From contig JAEOSU010000003.1 of the NCBI GenBank assembly GCA_016840165.1, forward strand, positions 1 through 43,562: a stretch of DNA of 43,562 nt. The letters run 5' to 3'. The translations under genes and the position numbers were made by a program. The notes beneath the pieces were generated by a model. That model saw nothing but the letters and a program-made list of their open reading frames with translations, was not told where the DNA came from and did no database searches. How positions within the stretch are numbered: the stretch's first letter is position 1; each line of letters begins with the position of its first letter. Origin of the DNA: Promethearchaeota archaeon (GTDB lineage Archaea > Asgardarchaeota > Lokiarchaeia > Sigyniarchaeales > SOKP01). Positions 29,913 to 37,892 of this stretch are shown here, piece after piece.

Positions 29913-30035
29913 CCCCTCCTAGCTCAGCCTGGAAGAGCACTCGGCTGTAGATTAAATCGCGTAATGAGGCTTGATGCCGATGAGTATACGTCAGCCGAAA
30001 CCGAGATGTCGCTGGATCAAAGCCGGCGGAGGGGA
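29913..30035 (+). tRNA. tRNA-Tyr(GUA) with 49-nt intron at canonical 37/38 (29951-29999)
   Basis: Acceptor CCCCTCC/GGAGGGG + discriminator A, D-stem GCTC/GAGC, anticodon stem CTCGG/CCGAG, anticodon GTA at 29947-29949, T-stem GCTGG/CCGGC; C1-G72; CCA not encoded. Confidence 0.93.
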
Positions 30036-30038
30036 CTA

Positions 30039-30045
30039 TTTTTTT
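30039..30045 (+). terminator. Oligo-T terminator after tRNA
   Basis: T7 run starting 4 nt after the discriminator base. Confidence 0.5.
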
Positions 30046-30161
30046 CCTTATTTATATTATTAATCAACCATCCTTTTAGCTACATAAAGTTGAAAGTATC
30101 CTTTTTTTGGTAATAAAATTCTTATTGTACGCGCTATTTATAATTAATAATATAAGTTAGT

Positions 30162-31088
30162 ATGAGATTTATGAAAAAGAAAAGAACAGCCGTTATTGGA
30201 ACTGGTTGGTTTGGCAGAGCACATATACGAAACTTTCATAATCTATCAAAACTTATGGCTATATGCGATAAAAATGAAGAGCAATTAATTCGGGCAGCAG
30301 AAGAATACGAAGATCTAAACACCTACTCGGATATTGAAGATTTAATTAAAAATGAAGATTTAGATGCTGTAAGTGTTGTTACCCCCCCAAAACACATCCC
30401 TAAAATCGCTAAAAAATTTGTTGAAGAGGGAATTGATACACTAATAGAAAAACCTATGGCGTTAAAACTTGAGGAATTGATTGAACTCAAAACATATGAG
30501 GATGTCAGAATAATGCCTGGATTTATCGAACTGTTTAATCCTGTTTTTGAAAAGTTATTAACCTATCTTCCTGAAATTGGAGAAATCATCTCAATTGCTT
30601 CAAAGAGAATCGGACTATATCCTAAGCGGAATTGGGATATGGGAGTCATTCTTGATTTATCAATCCACGACATATATCTTCAAGAGCGAGTTATGGGAAA
30701 AAATACAATAGTGAATGCTTTTGGACTTAAAAAATGTTATAAAGATAATGTGCATGCTGATGCAGCGTTTATAATTTTAGACTTTGGGAGTGCAATCGGT
30801 CAGATTGAATCCAATTGGTTAACTCCTTCAAAATTTAGGAGTATGAATATTAACGGCGAGCATGGGGGTATTTCAATTGATTTTATCAGCCAAACTATTA
30901 ATATCCGTAAGGGAATTGATCTTCAAGGTGAGTGGCCAATAACAAAAGATATAATTTATAGTCCCCTTCGTGAAGATGAACCATTAAAAAGAGAAATCTT
31001 AAATTTCCTCTATGATAAAGAGATAAACGTCACCTTAGATGATGGTATACGGGCATTAGAAATAGCCCTAAAAATAGTTAATAGCTAA
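30162..31088 (+). CDS. Gfo/Idh/MocA family oxidoreductase
   Basis: GTGWFG, IEKPMA, GFIELFNP, DLSIHD; resembles sugar-nucleotide 3-dehydrogenases. Confidence 0.9.
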   Translation: MRFMKKKRTAVIGTGWFGRAHIRNFHNLSKLMAICDKNEEQLIRAAEEYEDLNTYSDIEDLIKNEDLDAVSVVTPPKHIPKIAKKFVEEGIDTLIEKPMALKLEELIELKTYEDVRIMPGFIELFNPVFEKLLTYLPEIGEIISIASKRIGLYPKRNWDMGVILDLSIHDIYLQERVMGKNTIVNAFGLKKCYKDNVHADAAFIILDFGSAIGQIESNWLTPSKFRSMNINGEHGGISIDFISQTINIRKGIDLQGEWPITKDIIYSPLREDEPLKREILNFLYDKEINVTLDDGIRALEIALKIVNS

Positions 31089-31122
31089 CAATATTATAGA
31101 ATAAAAATATAGAGGTAATCGT

Positions 31123-31551
31123 ATGAGCGAAAAAGAACAACAAAACGATGAACATGAATTAGAAAAAATTAAAATGCGAAAAATGCAAGCAATTATGGAT
31201 GCTCAGAAAATGCGAGAATCGTCTCAAAAAAGACAAATCAGTATAGTTGAGAAAATTAATTATGTTCTTCAGATAGTTTTAGCTCCCGACGCATATAAAT
31301 ATTTAAATAAATTAAGAACCGAAGAACCGAGAGTATTTCAAGGAATATATAGTGAATTAATAAGCCCTGATGTAGTTCAAAATATCGATTTATTGATTTC
31401 TATTATTCAACGACAAGGAGGAGTTACCCGTAGGATCCCATTAGATGCAATAATTTATCTAGAACGACAAATAAAAGGTATAAAGGGCAAGATAAAGATT
31501 AAGAAGGGAGACGGCGAGATGATGGACTTAAGCTCATATTTAAAGAAATAG
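31123..31551 (+). CDS. PDCD5/Tfar19-like protein
   Basis: ELEKIKMRKMQ N-terminal helix, LQIVLAPDAYKYLNKLRTEEP core, C-terminal KIKIK. Confidence 0.75.
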   Translation: MSEKEQQNDEHELEKIKMRKMQAIMDAQKMRESSQKRQISIVEKINYVLQIVLAPDAYKYLNKLRTEEPRVFQGIYSELISPDVVQNIDLLISIIQRQGGVTRRIPLDAIIYLERQIKGIKGKIKIKKGDGEMMDLSSYLKK

Positions 31552-31567
31552 GTTAATATTCTAAATT

Positions 31568-32122
31568 TTATTGCTCTCGAGCAGAAATAATGGCTATTAC
31601 TTCCCACTCTCCATTTTCAAACTGATGAGCATCAATACTTGAAAATTGAAATGCAAATGGTCGTTTAAAAATCTCTTCGATCATGGGGCTAAAGGAACTT
31701 ACTGCAAATATTAATAACCTTTTTAAAATACCTTCAATCGTTCCTTCAATCTCTAAATTTTCCATAAGCGTCTTGATTGCTTGAATCTCATTTAAATTAT
31801 AATGATACTGATATTCTAACTTAAAATCTACAGGTGTGGGCGCCTCAGGATTTAATAAAGAGAGACCTCTCTTTCGAAATGGGAAGATAGTGTTAAGATA
31901 GAAATAAAAGATCTCTTCATAGTGATCTTTTAAGAGATAAGATATTCTCGATCCTTCTTTGTATTTCGGCCAATAGTTCTTCATCATTTCTATGAGGCGA
32001 GGATAATTTTTGTATTTATTTTGGCTTTCTTTTTTCAGATAATTGAGGAGTTGATTTTTAAGAGGCTTAAACTCGTTATCTTTAGCAACTCGTCTAACAA
32101 AATTTTTAAATCGTTGACTCAT
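31568..32122 (-). CDS. Hypothetical protein
   Basis: 184-aa ORF with ATG preceded by GGAAGGAG; no recognised motif. Confidence 0.7.
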   Translation of the reverse strand: MSQRFKNFVRRVAKDNEFKPLKNQLLNYLKKESQNKYKNYPRLIEMMKNYWPKYKEGSRISYLLKDHYEEIFYFYLNTIFPFRKRGLSLLNPEAPTPVDFKLEYQYHYNLNEIQAIKTLMENLEIEGTIEGILKRLLIFAVSSFSPMIEEIFKRPFAFQFSSIDAHQFENGEWEVIAIISAREQ

Positions 32123-32327
32123 TATCTCCTTCCGAAAAGCAGTATACGATAATCTATTAATATATATCCTTATTTTTTATTATGATGTTTAAATAATATA
32201 ATTGTTTGTATTTCCACAATAGCCTAAATTTCTATTCATGATGTAAGAAAAAATAGGTTTTTCATATAAAGCGCTTATGAGAATAACTTAAAAAGAATTA
32301 AAAGGAAATTACATTTTAAATATTATC

Positions 32328-33533
32328 ATGGTGGATAAAGTAGGATTAATATATACGGACAAATATCAAGATTACAATTTTGGCCAGAATCATCCCCTGC
32401 GACCTCTTCGATTGAAATTAACATATAGTTTAATGGAAAAAATAGGCTTACTTAATAATGAACTACTCCAAATTGAAACTCCCCAACCAGCAACTAAAGA
32501 AGAGATCCTACGAGTCCATTCTATTGAGTATGTAAATGCAGTAGAAAGATTGAGTAAAAATCCCGACGATTCAAGTGTATCTCCCTATGCTTTTGGATTA
32601 GGTCCAGGTGACAATCCTATTTTTAAAGGAATGTACGAAGCATCTGCCCTCGTATGTGGTGCAAGTAAATTGGCAGCAGATATGGTCTGGAATGATAATG
32701 ATATTGCAATAGCATTCAATCCTGCTGGAGGACTTCACCATGCCATGAAAAGTAAAGCCTCGGGATTCTGCATATTTAATGATATTGCGGTTGCTATTAA
32801 ACATTTACAACATCTAAAGAGAGATATAAGAATAGCATATTTAGATATTGATTGCCATCATGGAGATGGTGTTCAATGGATTTTTTACGACGATCCGCGT
32901 GTTCTCACAATTTCGTTTCATCAAAGTGGTAAATTTTTATTTCCCGGTACAGGAAATACAAATGAAACAGGAGAAGGTATAGCATCAGGCGGATCCATCA
33001 ACTTTCCACTACTTCCAGGAACGAGTAACAAAATGTTTTTAAAATTATTTCGCTATTGCGTTCCCAGAATTCTAGAAGCATTCTCCCCAGATATTCTATT
33101 TACCCAGCTTGGAGTAGATATGCACTATGATGACCCATTAACTCAGATGGGACTTTCATTATCCGTATATAAAGATGTTGCTCAAACCATTAGAACCAGT
33201 GTTCGTGATTACTGCCAAGGCAAATGGATTGCGGTGGGCGGGGGAGGGTATTTAATGACTGTCGTTCCAAGAGCATGGACGATATTTTTAGCAAAGATGC
33301 TTAACGTAGAACTAAAAAATGAGTTGCCAGATAGCTGGATTAATGAAGTTAAAAAGTCAGTGTCATATGAGGAGACTCCCTATCTATTATGGGATCGTAA
33401 TGATAAAGCAGAGATTCAATTGCTTTCCCATCCAGAAATTGCGAAAAAAATGATTGATTATAATAGAGAGTTAAGAACTCTATGTGATGAGAAATACATT
33501 CCAAATATCCAAAACCTCTTAAGTCATTCCTAA
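32328..33533 (+). CDS. Zn-dependent lysine deacetylase, class I HDAC/AcuC family
   Basis: HPLRPLR, GDNP, GGLHHA, SGFCIFND, DIDCHHGDG, QLGVD, GGGGY. Confidence 0.93.
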   Translation: MVDKVGLIYTDKYQDYNFGQNHPLRPLRLKLTYSLMEKIGLLNNELLQIETPQPATKEEILRVHSIEYVNAVERLSKNPDDSSVSPYAFGLGPGDNPIFKGMYEASALVCGASKLAADMVWNDNDIAIAFNPAGGLHHAMKSKASGFCIFNDIAVAIKHLQHLKRDIRIAYLDIDCHHGDGVQWIFYDDPRVLTISFHQSGKFLFPGTGNTNETGEGIASGGSINFPLLPGTSNKMFLKLFRYCVPRILEAFSPDILFTQLGVDMHYDDPLTQMGLSLSVYKDVAQTIRTSVRDYCQGKWIAVGGGGYLMTVVPRAWTIFLAKMLNVELKNELPDSWINEVKKSVSYEETPYLLWDRNDKAEIQLLSHPEIAKKMIDYNRELRTLCDEKYIPNIQNLLSHS

Positions 33534-33565
33534 GTATTTTTCATTCTGTTCTTTGAAAATATTTT

Positions 33566-34282
33566 TTATACGATTATATTGTTTTTTTTTAAGATCCAAG
33601 TATCAATTAGGAAAGATTGATTTCCTTCTTTTTCTAATGAGTAATTGGAACGTATAACAGACTTTGGAAACCAAATTTCTTTTCCATCATCAAGATTGAG
33701 TAGTATGGCTTTGTTAGATTCTCCTTTTATAGTTCCATTTATCTTTGATATTTTATCATCATTAAATTCTACCTTTTCTTCTACGATAACCGGTAATTCA
33801 TTAACCTCTTCAACATTAGCATTAATTAATTCCTCCTCAGTATCTTTATTGGACAAGTATTTGCTATTTGGAACCGTAGCATAGATTATCTTTTCTTTAA
33901 GCAGATGTTCTAAGAGCATTCTCATTATTACAATTTGAGAATAAGAAAGCATTTTAGAGTAGTTCCCAATATTAATATAGACTTTATCATCAGATTTTTC
34001 ATCCCATTTAAACGAGATCGAAGTTTTGCTGTCATTAAAATTATGATAACTGCTCCATGCCTTTCTCTTTCCTTTCAGGACCTCTAAGATCATTACTATT
34101 TCGTCTAAATTGCACTTAACCGTCTTTCCTTCCCCTAAAGACGGTTTTTCCCAATTTCCATCATTTTTTTTCTTGATGCACTTAATGAAAATGAAAGGAT
34201 CCGATTTAGAAGCGCTAATCAAGGTCATGCCTGATGATTGTCCAAAAAAACTTTGATTGTGTCTATCGACCATAATTCTCAC
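33566..34282 (-). CDS. Hypothetical protein, possible Whirly/PC4-like ssDNA-binding domain + small C-terminal beta-barrel
   Basis: Duplicated beta-strands-then-helix pattern in the N-terminal ~135 aa; C-terminal ESNKAILL..EIWFPKSVI motif. Confidence 0.5.
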   Translation of the reverse strand: MRIMVDRHNQSFFGQSSGMTLISASKSDPFIFIKCIKKKNDGNWEKPSLGEGKTVKCNLDEIVMILEVLKGKRKAWSSYHNFNDSKTSISFKWDEKSDDKVYINIGNYSKMLSYSQIVIMRMLLEHLLKEKIIYATVPNSKYLSNKDTEEELINANVEEVNELPVIVEEKVEFNDDKISKINGTIKGESNKAILLNLDDGKEIWFPKSVIRSNYSLEKEGNQSFLIDTWILKKNNIIV

Positions 34283-34459
34283 TTTTATTAAGAGACGTGT
34301 ATTTTTAATTGATTACAGATAAGCGAATTATTGATATTTGCCATTCTATTTAAATAAAAAAAATAAATAAAATTCATTAAATTTGAAAAGTCCTATGAAA
34401 TAATAATGAAAACAGTCATGATCTCAAATAAGAATAAGAATCCGTATTGAGATGGTGAT

Positions 34460-35281
34460 TTGAAGGACTTAATTTTATCAAGTACCTCTTCTGAATCTTT
34501 TCATCATAAAGCAATTAAGCATTTAATCTATAACTATGTTTTCGATAAAACTAATATAATAGCTCAAAGAGAGCTAGAAAAATATTTTGGAACTAGATTT
34601 GCTGATATATACTTTCAACTAAAATCGGGTGAGAAAGTAGTAGTTGAAGTCCAAAATTCAAAAATCACTGTTCAGGAACTAATACAAAGAACCAAAGATT
34701 ATAACGCGCTTGGAATCCATGTTTTATGGCTAATTCATGGTGAAGGCGGTTGTGTCGCTTCTAAAAAGTATCCTTATAATGTAAAAAAACTAAAGATAAG
34801 CCCAGCAGAGAAATTTCTGCATCAAATGTATGGCGGAAGGGTATATTATGTAAATTTGGATAATAGCAAAGAAGATATAGAACTGAAGATACCCTTTGCG
34901 CTTCATTTTTCTAAAGTTCTCAAGAAAAGTAAGAGAGGAATCTTTAAATCGGGTTATACCCAATTTTTTTATCGGGATGTTAATTTCACTTTAATTCCAA
35001 GCTGGAATTTATTTTGTACTCAATTTAATGGATATAAAATTGCTCGTTTTTACGATAGAAATATCAAATCTGCATTAAAAGAACAAGTAGAACATATTAT
35101 TTTCACAAAAAAGTTAAGTTCCATATCCAAAAAAAAACAACTTAAATCTATTCTAAGAACTTTCGATAATGAATATGGAGAATATTTGATTTTATCCGTT
35201 CTCGTTGAATTAGCCAAGGATAAAAAATTGGCTTTAGAATATAAACTATTTAAAAATATCACAAAGAAAATAATGTTATAA
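34460..35281 (+). CDS. CoiA-like PD-(D/E)XK nuclease
   Basis: ESFHHKAIK, E..FGTRFADI, VVEVQNS, RTKDYNALGIHVLW. Confidence 0.8.
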   Translation: MKDLILSSTSSESFHHKAIKHLIYNYVFDKTNIIAQRELEKYFGTRFADIYFQLKSGEKVVVEVQNSKITVQELIQRTKDYNALGIHVLWLIHGEGGCVASKKYPYNVKKLKISPAEKFLHQMYGGRVYYVNLDNSKEDIELKIPFALHFSKVLKKSKRGIFKSGYTQFFYRDVNFTLIPSWNLFCTQFNGYKIARFYDRNIKSALKEQVEHIIFTKKLSSISKKKQLKSILRTFDNEYGEYLILSVLVELAKDKKLALEYKLFKNITKKIML

Positions 35282-35486
35282 ATATTTCTTCGGAAAAACT
35301 CCAAAGGGACCAAAAGTATATTAATCTGACTTAATTTATTAAATCATCCACCATATATTTTTAAATATTATTTTAAGTGCTTTCCTAAAACTTTCCCTTC
35401 TTTCAATTGAGAAGATAGATTTTCCCTTTTATCCTATGAAAAGATAGATATTTAAATAAGTTCAATTAATATATACTTATAACCAT

Positions 35487-35661
35487 AAAATCGGAACCAT
35501 GACAGCAAAATATATTCTTATACCTAAAGCCGATGGAAGATCGGTTAAATACCTCAACCCTTATCGTTCTTCGAATCTCTCGAAATGGGGGAAACCCTGT
35601 TATTAGATAAATACGTCTCCTCTTTTTAATAGAAAATTTGTGCCTCGTGGTTTCCGGTTTT
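35487..35661 (+). ncRNA. Candidate structured RNA (long 5'/3' closing stem plus internal hairpins), overlapping a 35-codon ORF at 35499-35606
   Basis: 35487-35502 pairs with 35645-35661 (16 bp, 2 G-U, 1 bulge); three internal hairpins; upstream TTTAAATA and downstream T-tract. Confidence 0.4.
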
Positions 35662-35860
35662 TCTATTTCCTTATCTTTTTTTATTCCAAATCATCTTTGG
35701 GATTAATAATTTTAACCATAGTGTATTGTATTTAATTTTAATATTTTCTATAAAAAAATAAAGAATTTTTTTGATAATTTAAATGGATTGAGATTCGAAG
35801 TGCAAAAAGTTAAAAAAAAAATAGTCTATTATTTAATAAGAAAATAATTTTATTTTTGAG

Positions 35861-36319
35861 TTGAGGTTAAATTTGGTTAAAAATATTGAATTAAGTACCA
35901 AGTTAGATATGGAATTTGACGATCAAGCACCAGAAGCGCTTTTTGAGGCAATTATCAGCGATCTCCTAATCCCACGATATAAGGAAAATAAAGATTGGAA
36001 TTTAAGTCTAAATATTATTATCGAGGAGATGAATCGGTTAATTTCGAAATATGAATTAGATCCAAAGTTAAAATTAGGATTATTAAATCAAGTAGAAAAA
36101 CATTTAGATAAAGAAATTGAGGAGCTCACGGGTACTGCCAAAATAGAGATTCTATTCCTCAATATGGATGATTATGTCGAGGATATCAAGAAATTAATCA
36201 CTGCTGGTAAAGATAAACAACAATTACGACATGACATGGCACAATTGATTTTTCCACTAACAATCTTTGAATTAGGAGAACTATTTATCTTCTTAGGAAA
36301 ACGAGCTTTCTTAAAATAA
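35861..36319 (+). CDS. Hypothetical helical protein (likely start ATG at 35909)
   Basis: ORF with protein-like composition; no recognised motif. Confidence 0.65.
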   Translation: MRLNLVKNIELSTKLDMEFDDQAPEALFEAIISDLLIPRYKENKDWNLSLNIIIEEMNRLISKYELDPKLKLGLLNQVEKHLDKEIEELTGTAKIEILFLNMDDYVEDIKKLITAGKDKQQLRHDMAQLIFPLTIFELGELFIFLGKRAFLK

Positions 36320-36371
36320 ACTCATTTTTAAATCCTTATAATTTTAACTCTTTTATTATCTTCACTTCTTA

Positions 36372-37343
36372 CTATTTAAGGGTTGTAATAGGACGAGATT
36401 GAAGGGCATAAACTTTATCATTATCAATAGCCCATTCAATATCTTGGGGCAAAATTAGGTATTTCTCAAGTTGTAGGCCTAGAAGGTAGAGTTTTTTTAT
36501 ATAAGCATCATTTAATGAGCATTGACATCTGAGATCCTCATCCATGGTAATTAATTGAGTGGACGGGCTGTTGGGATTAGCTTTTGATAACTGTTCCTTT
36601 TCTCCTATAATCTTGCTTATAATAGTTCCATTAGATTTATCGAGAATTATTAGATCCGGATTAATTTTATTATTGGTAATGGCATCCCCTAAACCCCATG
36701 TAGAGTTTATTAACATCTGATCGCGATTGTTATTAATGACATTAGCAGTAAATAAGACACCTGAGCATTCGGAGAATACCATTTTCTGAATTACGATTGC
36801 GATTTCAATGTCTAATAGGGAGAGTTCTTTTCCCTTATTTCTAATATAAAGTATATATAACAATGCCTGAGGGGAGAATAAAGATGCCCAGCATTTTTTC
36901 AGTGAGTTGATGATATCTTGAAGATTTTTATTATTAAGAATGGTTTCCGCTTGTCCTGCAAAAGAAAATAGCTCTGAATCCTCGATATTAGCTGAGGATC
37001 TCACTGCGAGGGATAATTCATTGCCAAATTCTATCTTTAAATTTTGGTAGGCTTTTTTAAGTTCGAGGAAAACAGCTTGCGGTATTTCTGAATTTAGGAT
37101 ACAATCGGTAATAGTTTTTGAAAAAGTGAATACCTCATTTTTAGTATAATTCTGGGATAAAGAAGAAAGAATTTTATCATGGTACTTTGACTCCTTAATA
37201 AAAGTTTTGTAGGATTTTGTGTTTAAAATAAATCCCGGAGGAACATTTATTCCAAGATTTGCCATTGTTATGAGTTTGGAGCCCTTTCCACCATATAACT
37301 CATTATTACTGATGTTATTATGTATATTTGCTAGATATTTCAT
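36372..37343 (-). CDS. Stand-alone PEP/pyruvate-binding ATP-grasp domain (PPDK_N; phenylphosphate synthase beta-like)
   Basis: GGKG, VPPGF, AVRSSANIED..SFAGQ, IQKMV, SGVLFT, WGLGD, QDIEWA, LQSRPIT; stop follows at the domain boundary. Confidence 0.9.
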   Translation of the reverse strand: MKYLANIHNNISNNELYGGKGSKLITMANLGINVPPGFILNTKSYKTFIKESKYHDKILSSLSQNYTKNEVFTFSKTITDCILNSEIPQAVFLELKKAYQNLKIEFGNELSLAVRSSANIEDSELFSFAGQAETILNNKNLQDIINSLKKCWASLFSPQALLYILYIRNKGKELSLLDIEIAIVIQKMVFSECSGVLFTANVINNNRDQMLINSTWGLGDAITNNKINPDLIILDKSNGTIISKIIGEKEQLSKANPNSPSTQLITMDEDLRCQCSLNDAYIKKLYLLGLQLEKYLILPQDIEWAIDNDKVYALQSRPITTLK

Positions 37344-37368
37344 ATTTTTAGAATGAGAATTTTAATTT

Positions 37369-37725
37369 TTATGGATGTAAGTATAGAAAACCACGACTAT
37401 CTCCATCATGCTTAAGCGAAACTTTCTTTCCATTTAAATTTGAAGGATCTTTGAGTTTTAATTTAATCGCCATAATACAAGGAATTCCAAACTCTCGGGA
37501 AACAATAGCTAAATGAGATCCAGGTCCACCAGTAGTGCATATTGTACCAGCCAATTCTGATAAAATTGGACTTAGAGTGGTAATTCCCGCATCATCGACA
37601 ATACAAATTTTTCCAGAGGCGTTATCAAATAGAGCAATAACATCATCAATAGTTTTAATATAAACTGCTTCCCCAGATACCTCAGTTTTCGATGAACAAG
37701 AAAGTCCTTCACCAATCTTTTCCAT
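37369..37725 (-). CDS. Stand-alone phosphohistidine swivel (PEP-utilising mobile) domain
   Basis: TTGGPGSHLAIVSREFGIPC with His71. Confidence 0.9.
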   Translation of the reverse strand: MEKIGEGLSCSSKTEVSGEAVYIKTIDDVIALFDNASGKICIVDDAGITTLSPILSELAGTICTTGGPGSHLAIVSREFGIPCIMAIKLKLKDPSNLNGKKVSLKHDGDSRGFLYLHP

Positions 37726-37892
37726 GACTATGTTCTCTCGATTGTATTGATATGTGATAGATGAATTAGTTTTTAATTTTTTATATAATACTTAAATTTT
37801 TTCATTTGCTTCGATAGATGATTAAAACTTTATATTAAATTATATGCTTTATTGATATAACTTCATTAATTTAATTTTAGAGCTCGATAATA

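Noticed and set aside
29951-29999. C/D-box sRNA in the tRNA intron
   Set aside because: Box-like words are present but spacing leaves no proper pair of 10-12-nt guides; a single K-turn hairpin with a U35 pocket explains the sequence better.
31123-33533. PDCD5-HDAC functional link as in animals
   Set aside because: Separated by an opposite-strand gene; proximity alone is not evidence.
30036-36370. Integrated element at the tRNA 3' end
   Set aside because: No integrase and no repeat of the tRNA 3' end seen; downstream genes look chromosomal.
36372-37725. Frameshifted or pseudogenised PEP synthase
   Set aside because: Domain order is reversed relative to ppsA, and each ORF has a clean ATG, intact motifs and ends at a domain boundary.
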